From positions 1 through 64,000 of IMG/VR virus record IMGVR_UViG_3300037067_027684: 64,000 nt of DNA; one strand, given 5' to 3'. Positions 1 to 8,533 of this stretch are shown here, one piece after another; the stretch's first letter is position 1, and every line of letters starts with the position of its first letter. Source of the DNA: a virus (lineage: Duplodnaviria > Caudoviricetes). The translations under genes were made by a program, and so were the position numbers. The notes beneath the pieces are model-generated. The model searched no databases, was not told the DNA's origin, and saw only the letters and a program-made list of their open reading frames with translations.

Positions 1-258
1 ATGCGAATCAAGAAGGGCACGGCCAGCCTCAAGGATCTTCCGTCTAGGGAGGAAGTTCGATCTTGGTTCAACAATAAGAAGGTTGCTGTTAGTGATACGG
101 ATCTTGAGGTGATTTGGAATGAGTTGAAGGAACATCGGGCTGCGAAGAAGGAAGGTCGTTCGCGTCCGAAGCCGTCTGCTAAGCCCGAAGTAAGTACGGA
201 ATCTAATTATGAACGTCAGCCTGTTCAGAAGGTGACGCGAAGTTACGGTAGGCGGTAA
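1..258 (+). CDS. hypothetical protein, possibly 5'-truncated by window edge
   Basis: ORF from position 1; no recognised motif. Confidence 0.5.
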   Translation: MRIKKGTASLKDLPSREEVRSWFNNKKVAVSDTDLEVIWNELKEHRAAKKEGRSRPKPSAKPEVSTESNYERQPVQKVTRSYGRR

Positions 259-286
259 CCTAAGACTCTAAATCATAATCGTGATT

Positions 287-294
287 CAAATATA
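287..294 (+). promoter_or_regulatory. putative phage late promoter motif CAAAnATA, 6 nt before the tRNA
   Basis: CAAATATA; the same motif precedes many structural genes in the window. Confidence 0.55.
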
Positions 295-300
295 AAAAGA

Positions 301-374
301 GCGAATGCAGAAGGTGGGAACTTCGACTAGTCTCTAAAACTAGTGCTTAGAGGGTTCGATTCCCTCCATTCGCA
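301..374 (+). tRNA. amber suppressor tRNA, anticodon CTA (334-336)
   Basis: Cloverleaf: acceptor GCGAATG/CATTCGC, D stem GAAG/CTTC, anticodon stem (A)CTAGT/ACTAG(T) with loop CTCTAAA, T stem GAGGG/CCCTC with loop TTCGATT, discriminator A; CCA not encoded. Confidence 0.9.
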
Positions 375-387
375 TTTTGAGGTGTTT

Positions 388-876
388 ATGCCCAGCGAGA
401 CGTGGAGAATACGAAATCACGATAAGATGTGTGCTTATCGTAGAAAGTGGTATAGAAGTAATTCTAAATCTGTAAAGCGAAGATCTAAGGACAGAAGAGA
501 ATTTTTCTTAGAATGGCTATTGGAGATCAAATCGCATTCGAGATGTGAACTATGTCAAGAAGATGTTCAATGTTGTCTTGATTTACATCATGATCAGAAG
601 GATCAGAAGGTTGATGTTATTAGTAGAATTATTTATGATTCTTGTTCGTTAGGTAAGACCATAGATGAGTTTCTAAAATGCGCAATATTGTGTTCTAATT
701 GCCATCGTAAAATTCATAATAACATAGTCAATGTTAGATTACATAAAATAGAAAAGAAATTGATTGACTATACATTCAGATTGGTTTGTGATAATAGACG
801 TAAGAATAATAAATATGTGCCACCATTTCATGATGATATAGACAGGATCATTTTTACAGCAGTTTCAGGCTCCTGA
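388..876 (+). CDS. HNH endonuclease
   Basis: CELC..LDLHH..KCAILCSNCHRKIH; start moved to ATG 388 (GAGGTG RBS) so it does not overlap the tRNA. Confidence 0.8.
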   Translation: MPSETWRIRNHDKMCAYRRKWYRSNSKSVKRRSKDRREFFLEWLLEIKSHSRCELCQEDVQCCLDLHHDQKDQKVDVISRIIYDSCSLGKTIDEFLKCAILCSNCHRKIHNNIVNVRLHKIEKKLIDYTFRLVCDNRRKNNKYVPPFHDDIDRIIFTAVSGS

Positions 877-1168
877 ATATCTTGGAGTCAGCCTTGGGAT
901 GGACGGCTAAAGCAGTATGCTCGTTGTTGCGATCTGGCTCAATAAATGTTTTGAAGTTAATTTCTTTCTCCTTAAGATGATTCTCCCACTTAGCGAGGTC
1001 TTGTTCGTCATTGACTCCGAGTAGGACCATAGTCTTGTGATTATCGGCCCAATCGAGCACCTATGGATCAGGTATGCTGTGGCGGAGTAATTCCGCCACA
1101 GCATGACATGCCTGGACAGCTTGCTGTGATTGAGGCAAGTCTTTACGCACTAACACGTATAACTTCAT
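854..1168 (-). CDS. Pth2-like peptidyl-tRNA hydrolase with in-frame TAG at codon 36 (1061-1063)
   Basis: MKLYVLVRKDL..QAVQACHAV (Pth2 N-terminal motif) - TAG - VLDWADNHKTMVLLGV..FIEPD..TALAV..LKLL in one frame; AAGGA RBS; true stop TAA. Confidence 0.8.
1074..1104 (-). other. perfect 13-bp hairpin inside the Pth2-like CDS, ending 10 nt 5' of the amber codon
   Basis: ATGCTGTGGCGGA-5 nt-TCCGCCACAGCAT. Confidence 0.85.
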
Positions 1169-1472
1169 GTTTAAGTTCCTTATTGATTTTCTCTTCTAAA
1201 TCGACAAGTGCCTTACTGGCTAGTTTGACTACTTCTGGGTATGCTTTCGGGACATGGGCTTTAACTTTTTCGTGGCTTCCTTTGTGAATATGAAGTGCGA
1301 TTAACCATTTGGTTGCTTCTTTTTTCATGCCGATATATTTACTCCATTCCTCAACAGATGATGGGGAAATATATCCTATTTTAGTGTGACTAGCCTCTTC
1401 TTTGATTGAATGAATATTATTAGACAGTAAACGGATGTTGTTCCTAATTGCTTCGTGTACTTCGGGTTTCAT
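1143..1472 (-). CDS. hypothetical helical protein upstream of and overlapping the Pth2-like gene
   Basis: 109-aa ORF, AAGGAG RBS 6 nt upstream, TAA stop. Confidence 0.8.
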   Translation of the reverse strand: MKPEVHEAIRNNIRLLSNNIHSIKEEASHTKIGYISPSSVEEWSKYIGMKKEATKWLIALHIHKGSHEKVKAHVPKAYPEVVKLASKALVDLEEKINKELKHEVIRVSA

Positions 1473-1478
1473 GTTACT

Positions 1479-1526
1479 CTCCTTAACGGTGTTTAGGTTG
1501 GTAGGATCTTAGACCGTGTTAAGGAG
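1479..1526 (-). promoter_or_regulatory. RBS-sequestering hairpin (candidate translational attenuator)
   Basis: mRNA CUCCUUAAC(AC)GGU pairs with ACC-GUUAAGGAG, which contains the RBS of 1143..1472. Confidence 0.75.
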
Positions 1527-1566
1527 GATGCGGTGGAATCTAATAAAAGGGAGGAACCTAACGCAT
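1519..1566 (-). CDS. leader peptide MR*VPPFY*IPPHPP with two in-frame amber codons
   Basis: AGGAG 6 nt before ATG; ATG CGT TAG GTT CCT CCC TTT TAT TAG ATT CCA CCG CAT CCT CCT TAA. Confidence 0.7.
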
Positions 1567-1668
1567 TTTCTTCTCCTAGTCTCAATCTTATCTTTTATCG
1601 GCCTTATTTACGCTTGTAAATTATCTTGTTTTCAGTAATCGTGGTATTTAAATTTAAAGGAGAATATA

Positions 1669-2382
1669 ATGCCTAAATTAAACATCTTGGTGCGTAATTT
1701 GATTTTGTCACCTGGGATGTCAGCAAGACTTGAATCTAAAGTATCAAATGAGGCTAAGGGTAGAGTACCTCCTGGCACTCTTCTAAAGAGAGGTGACTGG
1801 TATTTTCTTACCTATTTGAAGATAGTTAAAATTCAAAATTTCGATGCTACTGCTGTTGAATTACTTGATACTGAAGTTAATACCACTTCAGTTGCTTTAT
1901 TTAGAATAACTCCTAGTGGCACACTAATTGTTAATGGGACGATTAGAGCACTTAAGGAAATAGAAATGTATCTAGAGGCTTTGGCTCTTGAGGAAGCTGG
2001 TGTTAAACCAGATGTTCCGGAATTTAACCTAAACCAACACTATCAAGTTAATGAAATAGTTATTGATCCTGATGTGATTCTGTCTAAATTTGAGAAATAT
2101 GAGGCAGTTACTGGTATTAGTAAAATGAAATTTAGTCAAATTGAAGTTAGTATGGGCACTATTAATAAATGTGTGGTGGTTGTACAAGATTACATTACTG
2201 CTAAGAAGCTTCTGTCGAAGAATAATGATGATAAGAAAATTATTGGTATGCAATTAGATTTACGTGAACCGGCTAAGACCAATATTTATTATGGCGTCGA
2301 TGGTCAGATTAACATACAGTCTAAAACTACTGATGTTGAGTTGAATGATCTTATGGATCTCGCACTTAAGATGCTAAATTGA
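1669..2382 (+). CDS. hypothetical protein
   Basis: 237 aa, AAGGAG RBS, upstream GTATTTAA motif. Confidence 0.75.
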   Translation: MPKLNILVRNLILSPGMSARLESKVSNEAKGRVPPGTLLKRGDWYFLTYLKIVKIQNFDATAVELLDTEVNTTSVALFRITPSGTLIVNGTIRALKEIEMYLEALALEEAGVKPDVPEFNLNQHYQVNEIVIDPDVILSKFEKYEAVTGISKMKFSQIEVSMGTINKCVVVVQDYITAKKLLSKNNDDKKIIGMQLDLREPAKTNIYYGVDGQINIQSKTTDVELNDLMDLALKMLN

Positions 2383-2643
2383 CCCCGATCCAGAACCAGA
2401 ACTTGGAGTAACTCCGACAACCCTTCTGGAACGGGTCAAAATAATAAGATTATTATTTTGTATGGATATTAATTGTTGTTGGTCAAATCGATTATCTTCA
2501 GCTACGACTGAGCCATTTGGCGTAATCTTGATTTGCCCAGATTGTGCGAATATTGGGCTATTATTCTGTGGTTTAATGTATAGAATTACTATTTGGTTGC
2601 TTGTGTTCTTGACTTCAATCACATCAACTAGCGTAGTAGCCAT
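2374..2643 (-). CDS. small putative virion protein
   Basis: AGGAG RBS before ATG 2643; late motif at 2667-2674; GS-rich C-terminus. Confidence 0.6.
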   Translation of the reverse strand: MATTLVDVIEVKNTSNQIVILYIKPQNNSPIFAQSGQIKITPNGSVVAEDNRFDQQQLISIQNNNLIILTRSRRVVGVTPSSGSGSGSI

Positions 2644-2715
2644 TGAAAGTCTCCTAATCCTACTCCTATCTTTGCTTAAGAGCAAAAATATCAATGGACC
2701 TCTGGAGGTTAAGTC

Positions 2716-3873
2716 ATGAAATTGGACGCATTATTTGCAGCCAATCCCAAACAAATGCTCATGCTTGAGAAAATTGAGTCGTCAATCCACGAGAAATTGG
2801 GATATCTACATGCTATGATCGCTAAGCAGGGTAAGGACCCTGAACCAGTGATCAAAATGATCCGATCTAAGCTAGACCCTGAATATGGAACTCGTGAAAG
2901 AGGTAAGGAAGCATTCAGCCAGTGGGCAAAAAGAGCGCCACAGGGTGATAGTAAGGTTGGTTCGGCTTTTGGTCGTAAAATGCAGGTTACTGCCCTTGAT
3001 GCTCCGAAGATGGATGGGCAAGCCTCTCCAGGTGCAACTCCACCAGCAGCACCACAGCCGGAACCATCATTGAATTATAATAAGACATTGCCGTTAGAAG
3101 ATTTTGGTCGTAAGAAAGTTGTAACTTTGTTTGAAGCCAAAATGAAGGATGTTCTAACCGAAGAAATGTGGTCTGATATTGGTCAATCACTAGTGGCTAA
3201 ACTTCGTGAACTATTCGCTAGTGGTGACGATCCTGAGAGTCCTAAGGTCAAAGCCGCTTTAGATGAATTCCCTGGTCTATCTGCTCTTTATCGTTATGCT
3301 AAAACCGCTGCTATTAATCCCGCTGAAGATCCTCGTTTCTGGCAACTAGTTGATAAGGTGACGGGTGGTAAGTCAGCAGATATTCGTAAGATCGTTGATG
3401 CTATTCACGAAGTTTGGGATCGTCGTGATGAGAAGATAATTATTACTGAGGCTAAATTATCGGATGTAATGTCTAGTCTTGGTTTGGACACAACAACCAT
3501 TGACTCAATCTTGAAGACACATGGTTTGAAGGATGATGAACACGATCTTGGTGCTGCTTTTGGTGGTGGCAAGCCATCTTCACAAGATATTGCTAAGTTT
3601 GTGTCTACAGTCGTTAAATCCGCTGCGGCAATTATGAAATCAGCTAATTTGGCTACTACTCCGGAACAGAAGCAGGAAGTTAGTAAGGCAGTTGAGCAGG
3701 TTGCTTCTAATCCTCAGGTTCAATCTGCTTCTGATCCTTCCATAATTGATGTGGAGAAGGAATACGGCGTTAAGCCGAAGCCAGCCCCAAAGCCAATACA
3801 GAGGCCGATACTAAAGTCACAAACACCAATTCCCGTACGAGCACCTGAGGAATCAATGGTTGGTTATGATTAG
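2716..3873 (+). CDS. putative virion-internal protein
   Basis: late motif 2683-2690; repeated LFE/LTE/ITE sites resembling prohead-protease sites. Confidence 0.5.
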   Translation: MKLDALFAANPKQMLMLEKIESSIHEKLGYLHAMIAKQGKDPEPVIKMIRSKLDPEYGTRERGKEAFSQWAKRAPQGDSKVGSAFGRKMQVTALDAPKMDGQASPGATPPAAPQPEPSLNYNKTLPLEDFGRKKVVTLFEAKMKDVLTEEMWSDIGQSLVAKLRELFASGDDPESPKVKAALDEFPGLSALYRYAKTAAINPAEDPRFWQLVDKVTGGKSADIRKIVDAIHEVWDRRDEKIIITEAKLSDVMSSLGLDTTTIDSILKTHGLKDDEHDLGAAFGGGKPSSQDIAKFVSTVVKSAAAIMKSANLATTPEQKQEVSKAVEQVASNPQVQSASDPSIIDVEKEYGVKPKPAPKPIQRPILKSQTPIPVRAPEESMVGYD

Positions 3874-4424
3874 GGTTTTGGAATCCTAGATCTGATTAGA
3901 TTACTAATATTCATTTTGGCCAGGCCAGCTGGTTTGGATTTATGTTGATCTATTTTCTCTTGTGGGACTTCAAGTTCTTTTGCCCATTCGATTAGTTGTT
4001 CTAATGTCATTCCTGCTACTTTGATTGCAAATTCTGACTTTGGTTTCTTGGGTTTGGTTTCAGGTTTGGGTTCGGATTTGGTTGGTTCGTTCTGGGGTTC
4101 TGGACTCATCTTGATTGCTCCTTGTTGTGGTCTCTGTGTTGTTACTCTTAATCCGGCAAGGGATATGTTTGACCTATTTTGTTTCCGTTCTAAGGTTTTT
4201 CGTCCTTTCTCTGCTTCAAGAAGATCGCGTTGTTTTTTGATTATTGCTTCTCGCTGTTTTGCGGCTTCTTCTTCGTTTTCTGGCATGAGTTTACGTTTAA
4301 GGAGTATATCTTTGATTTCTTTATACCAGATGCCCTTTCTGGTCCCTCTGGCCACAGAAAGAATACCAGCCCAGTGGACACCTTTTTGGACTAGTTCTTC
4401 TACGAAATTCTCTGGTGATCTCAT
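3870..4424 (-). CDS. hypothetical protein
   Basis: 184-aa ORF. Confidence 0.7.
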   Translation of the reverse strand: MRSPENFVEELVQKGVHWAGILSVARGTRKGIWYKEIKDILLKRKLMPENEEEAAKQREAIIKKQRDLLEAEKGRKTLERKQNRSNISLAGLRVTTQRPQQGAIKMSPEPQNEPTKSEPKPETKPKKPKSEFAIKVAGMTLEQLIEWAKELEVPQEKIDQHKSKPAGLAKMNISNLIRSRIPKP

Positions 4425-4533
4425 AATCAGCCTTTCAAATACTTAATATCACACATACTTCATTAAGAAAGTATTTCTCTAATATTTAAGTATTTTGAAT
4501 ACGATGTATTTTAAGTCACCAGAGGAGACAACC

Positions 4534-5652
4534 ATGTACGGAAAAGGGAAAGTAATTGCTCTTTCAGAGAGAACACTAAAAGAATTTAATATCAATATTA
4601 CAACTTTGGTCACTGGTTCACACCATAAAGTTTATGTTCGTTGCGTGCGATGTGGTGAGGAATTTACTAGAGAATGGAGATACTTGCATCAACTTCACAA
4701 TTGTCCTACATATAAAACGCGAGAAGATGGAACATTACTTAAGTGGTGTAATCATTGTAAGCAGTTCATTACGACTACTATGTTTAACGTTAATCTTGCT
4801 AGATATGATAAATTATCTAGTTACTGTAAAAGTTGTTCAAATCAATGCGTTCATAATCAGAAACAAAATGAACGAAAACAAAATGAAAGGAAAACCAATT
4901 TTAATTCTTGGATTAAAAATTATCTGTGTACTAAAAAAAGTAGATGTAAGAAAGATAGAATACTCTGTGAATTAGACATAGAATCATTGACGAGAAAATG
5001 GAATCAACAGTGTGGTAGATGTTTCTATACTGGTATTAGTCTAGAATTTGCTACTAAGGGTCTTAGAGGCGCGCAACTTGATAGGATTGATCCAAATGGG
5101 GGATATATTCTTGATAATGTTGTTTGGGCTTCACGAGCAATAAATCAAGCTAAAAGTAATGCGACAGTTGGTGATTTCTTAAATTTTTGTTTAGAAGTAA
5201 ACCTAACAAATTTTCTAAATGTCAACGCTCGGCTTGAATGTAAATTGTGTCACCCAGACGCTAAAATTCCATATAGAAAGCGTCCAACGGATGCTGGATA
5301 TGATATAGTTGCTATTAATGGTGGGACCATATTGCCAAATAGGATGTTAAATATTCATACTGGTGTAATATTAACTTGCCCTTCTGGGTACTACATAACA
5401 ATCGAACCGCGATCAAGCCTTTGGATGAAGGGAATTTCGCCTTTCCATGGCATAATTGATGCGACTTATACTGGTGAATTAATGGTTTGTCTTATGAATT
5501 ATGGCTCAGAACCATATGTTATTGAAAAAGGCAATCGTATTGCTCAGTTGATTCTCCACAAGAATATACCGTTCGATATCGTAGAGGTTTCTAGTTTCAG
5601 TCCTGATTATAATGAACGCGGGACTGCTGGTTTTGGTGAATCTGGAGTTTAG
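4534..5652 (+). CDS. dut: Zn-finger/HNH-like endonuclease fused to trimeric-type dUTPase
   Basis: C-terminal dUTPase motifs AGYDI, PRSS, GIIDATYTGE, RIAQL, RGTAGFGESG; N-terminal CxxC pairs and RCFYTG..LDRID..GYILDNV..INQAK. Confidence 0.85.
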   Translation: MYGKGKVIALSERTLKEFNINITTLVTGSHHKVYVRCVRCGEEFTREWRYLHQLHNCPTYKTREDGTLLKWCNHCKQFITTTMFNVNLARYDKLSSYCKSCSNQCVHNQKQNERKQNERKTNFNSWIKNYLCTKKSRCKKDRILCELDIESLTRKWNQQCGRCFYTGISLEFATKGLRGAQLDRIDPNGGYILDNVVWASRAINQAKSNATVGDFLNFCLEVNLTNFLNVNARLECKLCHPDAKIPYRKRPTDAGYDIVAINGGTILPNRMLNIHTGVILTCPSGYYITIEPRSSLWMKGISPFHGIIDATYTGELMVCLMNYGSEPYVIEKGNRIAQLILHKNIPFDIVEVSSFSPDYNERGTAGFGESGV

Positions 5653-5670
5653 GAGAGGGGAAACTTTGAT

Positions 5671-5982
5671 ATGAAAAACCAGAAGAAACAAAGGATGATA
5701 CTCATGGAATTTGTTGTTTACTACGCGTCTGTTATTGATGATGAGGAAGATGGAATTTTTGTGAATGCTCCGTTTTTGGGAGGTTTTTCTATAACGAGAG
5801 AAGGAGCTGACATTCTAGCCAAGGATATTGTAAATGACCGTTCATTACCTGGTGTTATCATAACGAAAACTTTTCCTTGTCCTGATCGTGAGCAAATTTT
5901 GTCATTAGCAACAAAGCAATTTAATCAAATGGCTCGTGACATGTATGACGTTGAGGATGCAATGCATCGAAAAAGAAGATAA
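5671..5982 (+). CDS. hypothetical protein
   Basis: ORF with RBS. Confidence 0.65.
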   Translation: MKNQKKQRMILMEFVVYYASVIDDEEDGIFVNAPFLGGFSITREGADILAKDIVNDRSLPGVIITKTFPCPDREQILSLATKQFNQMARDMYDVEDAMHRKRR

Positions 5983-5997
5983 TTGTGGGAGTTTAGA

Positions 5998-6318
5998 ATG
6001 GATAAAATATGCATTGTTGAAGGATGTCCCAATAAAAACCATTCAAAAGGCTATTGTAGAAAACATTATGGGCAATTATGGAGAAGAGGTAAAATTACAG
6101 TTGGTGTGGAACCAGTCGTCTATCATAAAATTAGTGAGGCCATGATGTGTACTTTGCAGAATGAACTTGAGAGTTTGAATGCGTGTTATTCTAATACTGT
6201 TGGTTTTGAAGGTAGAATTCGTTGGCGTAGAAGAATCAATGAAGTTCAGACTCTGCTTGAGAAAGCACGAGCAGAGTCAAACGTACATAAGATTGAAGCG
6301 CACGCCAACAGCGCTTAA
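5998..6318 (+). CDS. small Zn-finger protein (CxxxGC..GYCxxHY)
   Basis: motif common at N-termini of phage HNH-associated proteins; start at ATG 5998. Confidence 0.6.
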   Translation: MDKICIVEGCPNKNHSKGYCRKHYGQLWRRGKITVGVEPVVYHKISEAMMCTLQNELESLNACYSNTVGFEGRIRWRRRINEVQTLLEKARAESNVHKIEAHANSA

Positions 6319-6399
6319 AGTTGGCAAGGATTCGGACGAACAGCTACGGCTCAGTAATCCGATCATGACGCCGAAAACAAGGCGTCCAAGGAGGTAGCA

Positions 6400-7305
6400 G
6401 TGAGTAAGCCCACCGATGTATTCCAACAGAAGGTCGAGAAGGCAGCACAGGTGATGAAAATCACACCTGTTGAGCTGATGCGACATCTGGCTGATCTTGG
6501 GATTGAGCCGGATGCTGATGGTCTAGCGTTACTTGAAGCAAGTACAACTCAAGAAAGTGACGCAAAGCGCGTAATGGTTGAGGGAAAGGAACCGCAGGTA
6601 AAAATTGCTCGGTTCAAGGCTGGATGGGCAATTTTGAAAGGTTCTTCAGAGAAGGCCGATAAGGCGAGTGAGACTAGTGATCTGATCAAGGCTCTTAGAC
6701 CGACTGATCAATATTCTGATAAGGAATTGATTGAACAATATAATGCCGAGTGTTCATCTAAGATTGTTGATGAACTCCGTAAACGATCAAATGGACGACC
6801 ATTCATAATTTTCATGAATAATGGACACCTCAACATAGGCGCTACAGCTGAATTGTTACGATTGGCTCGTAGGCAGGAAACGCCAGCGACATATATTATT
6901 GGTGAACAGAATAATGGCGGAGTTGTTGAGAAACAGATCGTCAAAGTCTGTCAATTGGGCGAATTCCCAATGACTTATGTTGAGGAATGCCCATTGCATG
7001 GTATTATTCTAGCTGGTAGTTATTGTGAAAAATGTGGCAATACTTGGGATGGCATTAAGGAAGAAGATCGTGTGATTGTTAAGGTTGCAAATAATGGTGG
7101 CAATGAATTAGTGAACAGAGGCGTGGTTGCTATTAATGAGTTAATCGAGAAGGTTAGAAAAGAAGGCGCTCAATTTTTGCTTTCTACTCCTTCGATTCGT
7201 GCTAAGTACGACGAATTGAAGATTGACGATAAGCTGCCCAAGCTACGTCGTCGTATGTCACAGAGTAAGGGTGTTGCTGATCCTTTCCATCATCGGGTGT
7301 TCTAA
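6400..7305 (+). CDS. hypothetical protein with Zn ribbon
   Basis: AAGGAGG RBS, GTG start, CPLH..YCEKC. Confidence 0.75.
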   Translation: MSKPTDVFQQKVEKAAQVMKITPVELMRHLADLGIEPDADGLALLEASTTQESDAKRVMVEGKEPQVKIARFKAGWAILKGSSEKADKASETSDLIKALRPTDQYSDKELIEQYNAECSSKIVDELRKRSNGRPFIIFMNNGHLNIGATAELLRLARRQETPATYIIGEQNNGGVVEKQIVKVCQLGEFPMTYVEECPLHGIILAGSYCEKCGNTWDGIKEEDRVIVKVANNGGNELVNRGVVAINELIEKVRKEGAQFLLSTPSIRAKYDELKIDDKLPKLRRRMSQSKGVADPFHHRVF

Positions 7306-7312
7306 TTGAGAT

Positions 7313-7347
7313 TGGGGTGTGCTGGAGAAATCTGGCACACCCCATTT
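7313..7347 (+). terminator. GC-rich GAAA-loop hairpin (terminator or processing site)
   Basis: TGGGGTGTGC..GAAA..GCACACCCCA followed by TTT. Confidence 0.55.
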
Positions 7348-7360
7348 AAGGAGAATTACC

Positions 7361-8494
7361 ATGTCAGAACCAGATGAATTCTACTCGATGAAGATGTTGC
7401 CGAAGATAGCGCCAAATTTTCAGATGAGTTGTAATGGTCGATTTGCTACTCTGAAGATCGCGCCGAAGTTGAAAGACATTGGTAGACCACATCAGTTACC
7501 GCCTGGGGCAAGTGTGCCAGTTTATCCGGTCGATATGTTCCCAGGTGCTCCTGAAAGTTGGGTTCGTGGTCTGGGAAGTTATGTGTGTCCTGTTTTCGCT
7601 GACTGTGGCATCTGGTTTGATTGGACTGATAATAATACCCTTAACACTGCTATTTTAGCTAGTGTTAAGGGTATGAATCCAATTACTGGCCAGAAATTAG
7701 AAGGTCTACACCTTGAGAAGTATGTGGAGAAGTGTCCTATTCATAATGAACTGTTCAAGGGTGAACTTTTTTGTTCAAAATGCAATTATAAGTGGCCTCC
7801 ACAGTCATATATTTGTTATCCGAATGTGTTGTGGTGGGATGGTTTTAGACAAACCGATGGGACAGTTAGGCAATTCTTCTTCTCTGAAGATGAGTTGAGG
7901 GATGTTGCTTCTGCTGTGATTGGTAAGCAGAATACTGTTCCTGCGTTTGGTTTTGCCTTTTATGACGCTGTGAATCCCCGTGTCTCAACACAGGGAGGTT
8001 CGCGCTGTATGTCGTTTGGTGGCGGGTGGCACATGCCAGGTGTGTATATCAATAATGTTCCAGGTCCAGATACTGAAGTTGTGTATGGCTCAGCTATGAA
8101 TTTTTGTGACTCCGGACATGCGGACAATAAATTAGATTCACATGCGGTTTACACATGCAGTCTCGATCATCTTAGTCAAGAGACTGAGGAAAAGACATGT
8201 GCTATGCCCTCTAAGAAATATGTTCAAGTTTGTAAAGGTCCCAAGGAAAAACAAGAATATTCGTGTCTACGAAGTGCCCCAATCAAAGAAGTTTCAATTG
8301 GGGCTGGCGCTGAAATTGATCAGAATTTGTTATGTGATCCGTTGAATCTAGACGCATGGAAGAAGGAACCAACAGCAGTTATTAGATTGTACTTCACTTT
8401 TAAGGATCAATTCGAGCAGATTATTTCGAAGGGTGTGAATGATTTGACTGGTTCTAAGGAAGGATTTTTGAAGGGCGTCAAGGTTGGTGATTAA
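7361..8494 (+). CDS. conserved protein of unknown function
   Basis: LPPG, W-DG..G.VRQF and GAG..I.Q motifs recall an uncharacterised bacterial/fungal family; CPIH..FCSKC Zn ribbon resembles the upstream gene. Confidence 0.6.
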   Translation: MSEPDEFYSMKMLPKIAPNFQMSCNGRFATLKIAPKLKDIGRPHQLPPGASVPVYPVDMFPGAPESWVRGLGSYVCPVFADCGIWFDWTDNNTLNTAILASVKGMNPITGQKLEGLHLEKYVEKCPIHNELFKGELFCSKCNYKWPPQSYICYPNVLWWDGFRQTDGTVRQFFFSEDELRDVASAVIGKQNTVPAFGFAFYDAVNPRVSTQGGSRCMSFGGGWHMPGVYINNVPGPDTEVVYGSAMNFCDSGHADNKLDSHAVYTCSLDHLSQETEEKTCAMPSKKYVQVCKGPKEKQEYSCLRSAPIKEVSIGAGAEIDQNLLCDPLNLDAWKKEPTAVIRLYFTFKDQFEQIISKGVNDLTGSKEGFLKGVKVGD

Positions 8495-8533
8495 GTTTTG
8501 GTGGGAGTAACAATCTCCACCAAAAATATTTTG

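Noticed and set aside
301-374. Canonical tRNA-Pyl / pyrrolysine system
   Set aside because: Two nucleotides between acceptor and D stems, a standard T loop, A73, and no pyl genes in the window.
343-387. ORF-track start of the HNH gene
   Set aside because: Overlaps the tRNA; ATG 388 has its own RBS.
1528-1638. 36-codon hydrophobic + strand ORF antisense to the leader
   Set aside because: AAGGAGG abuts the ATG with no spacing and is explained as the complement of the leader's Pro codons.
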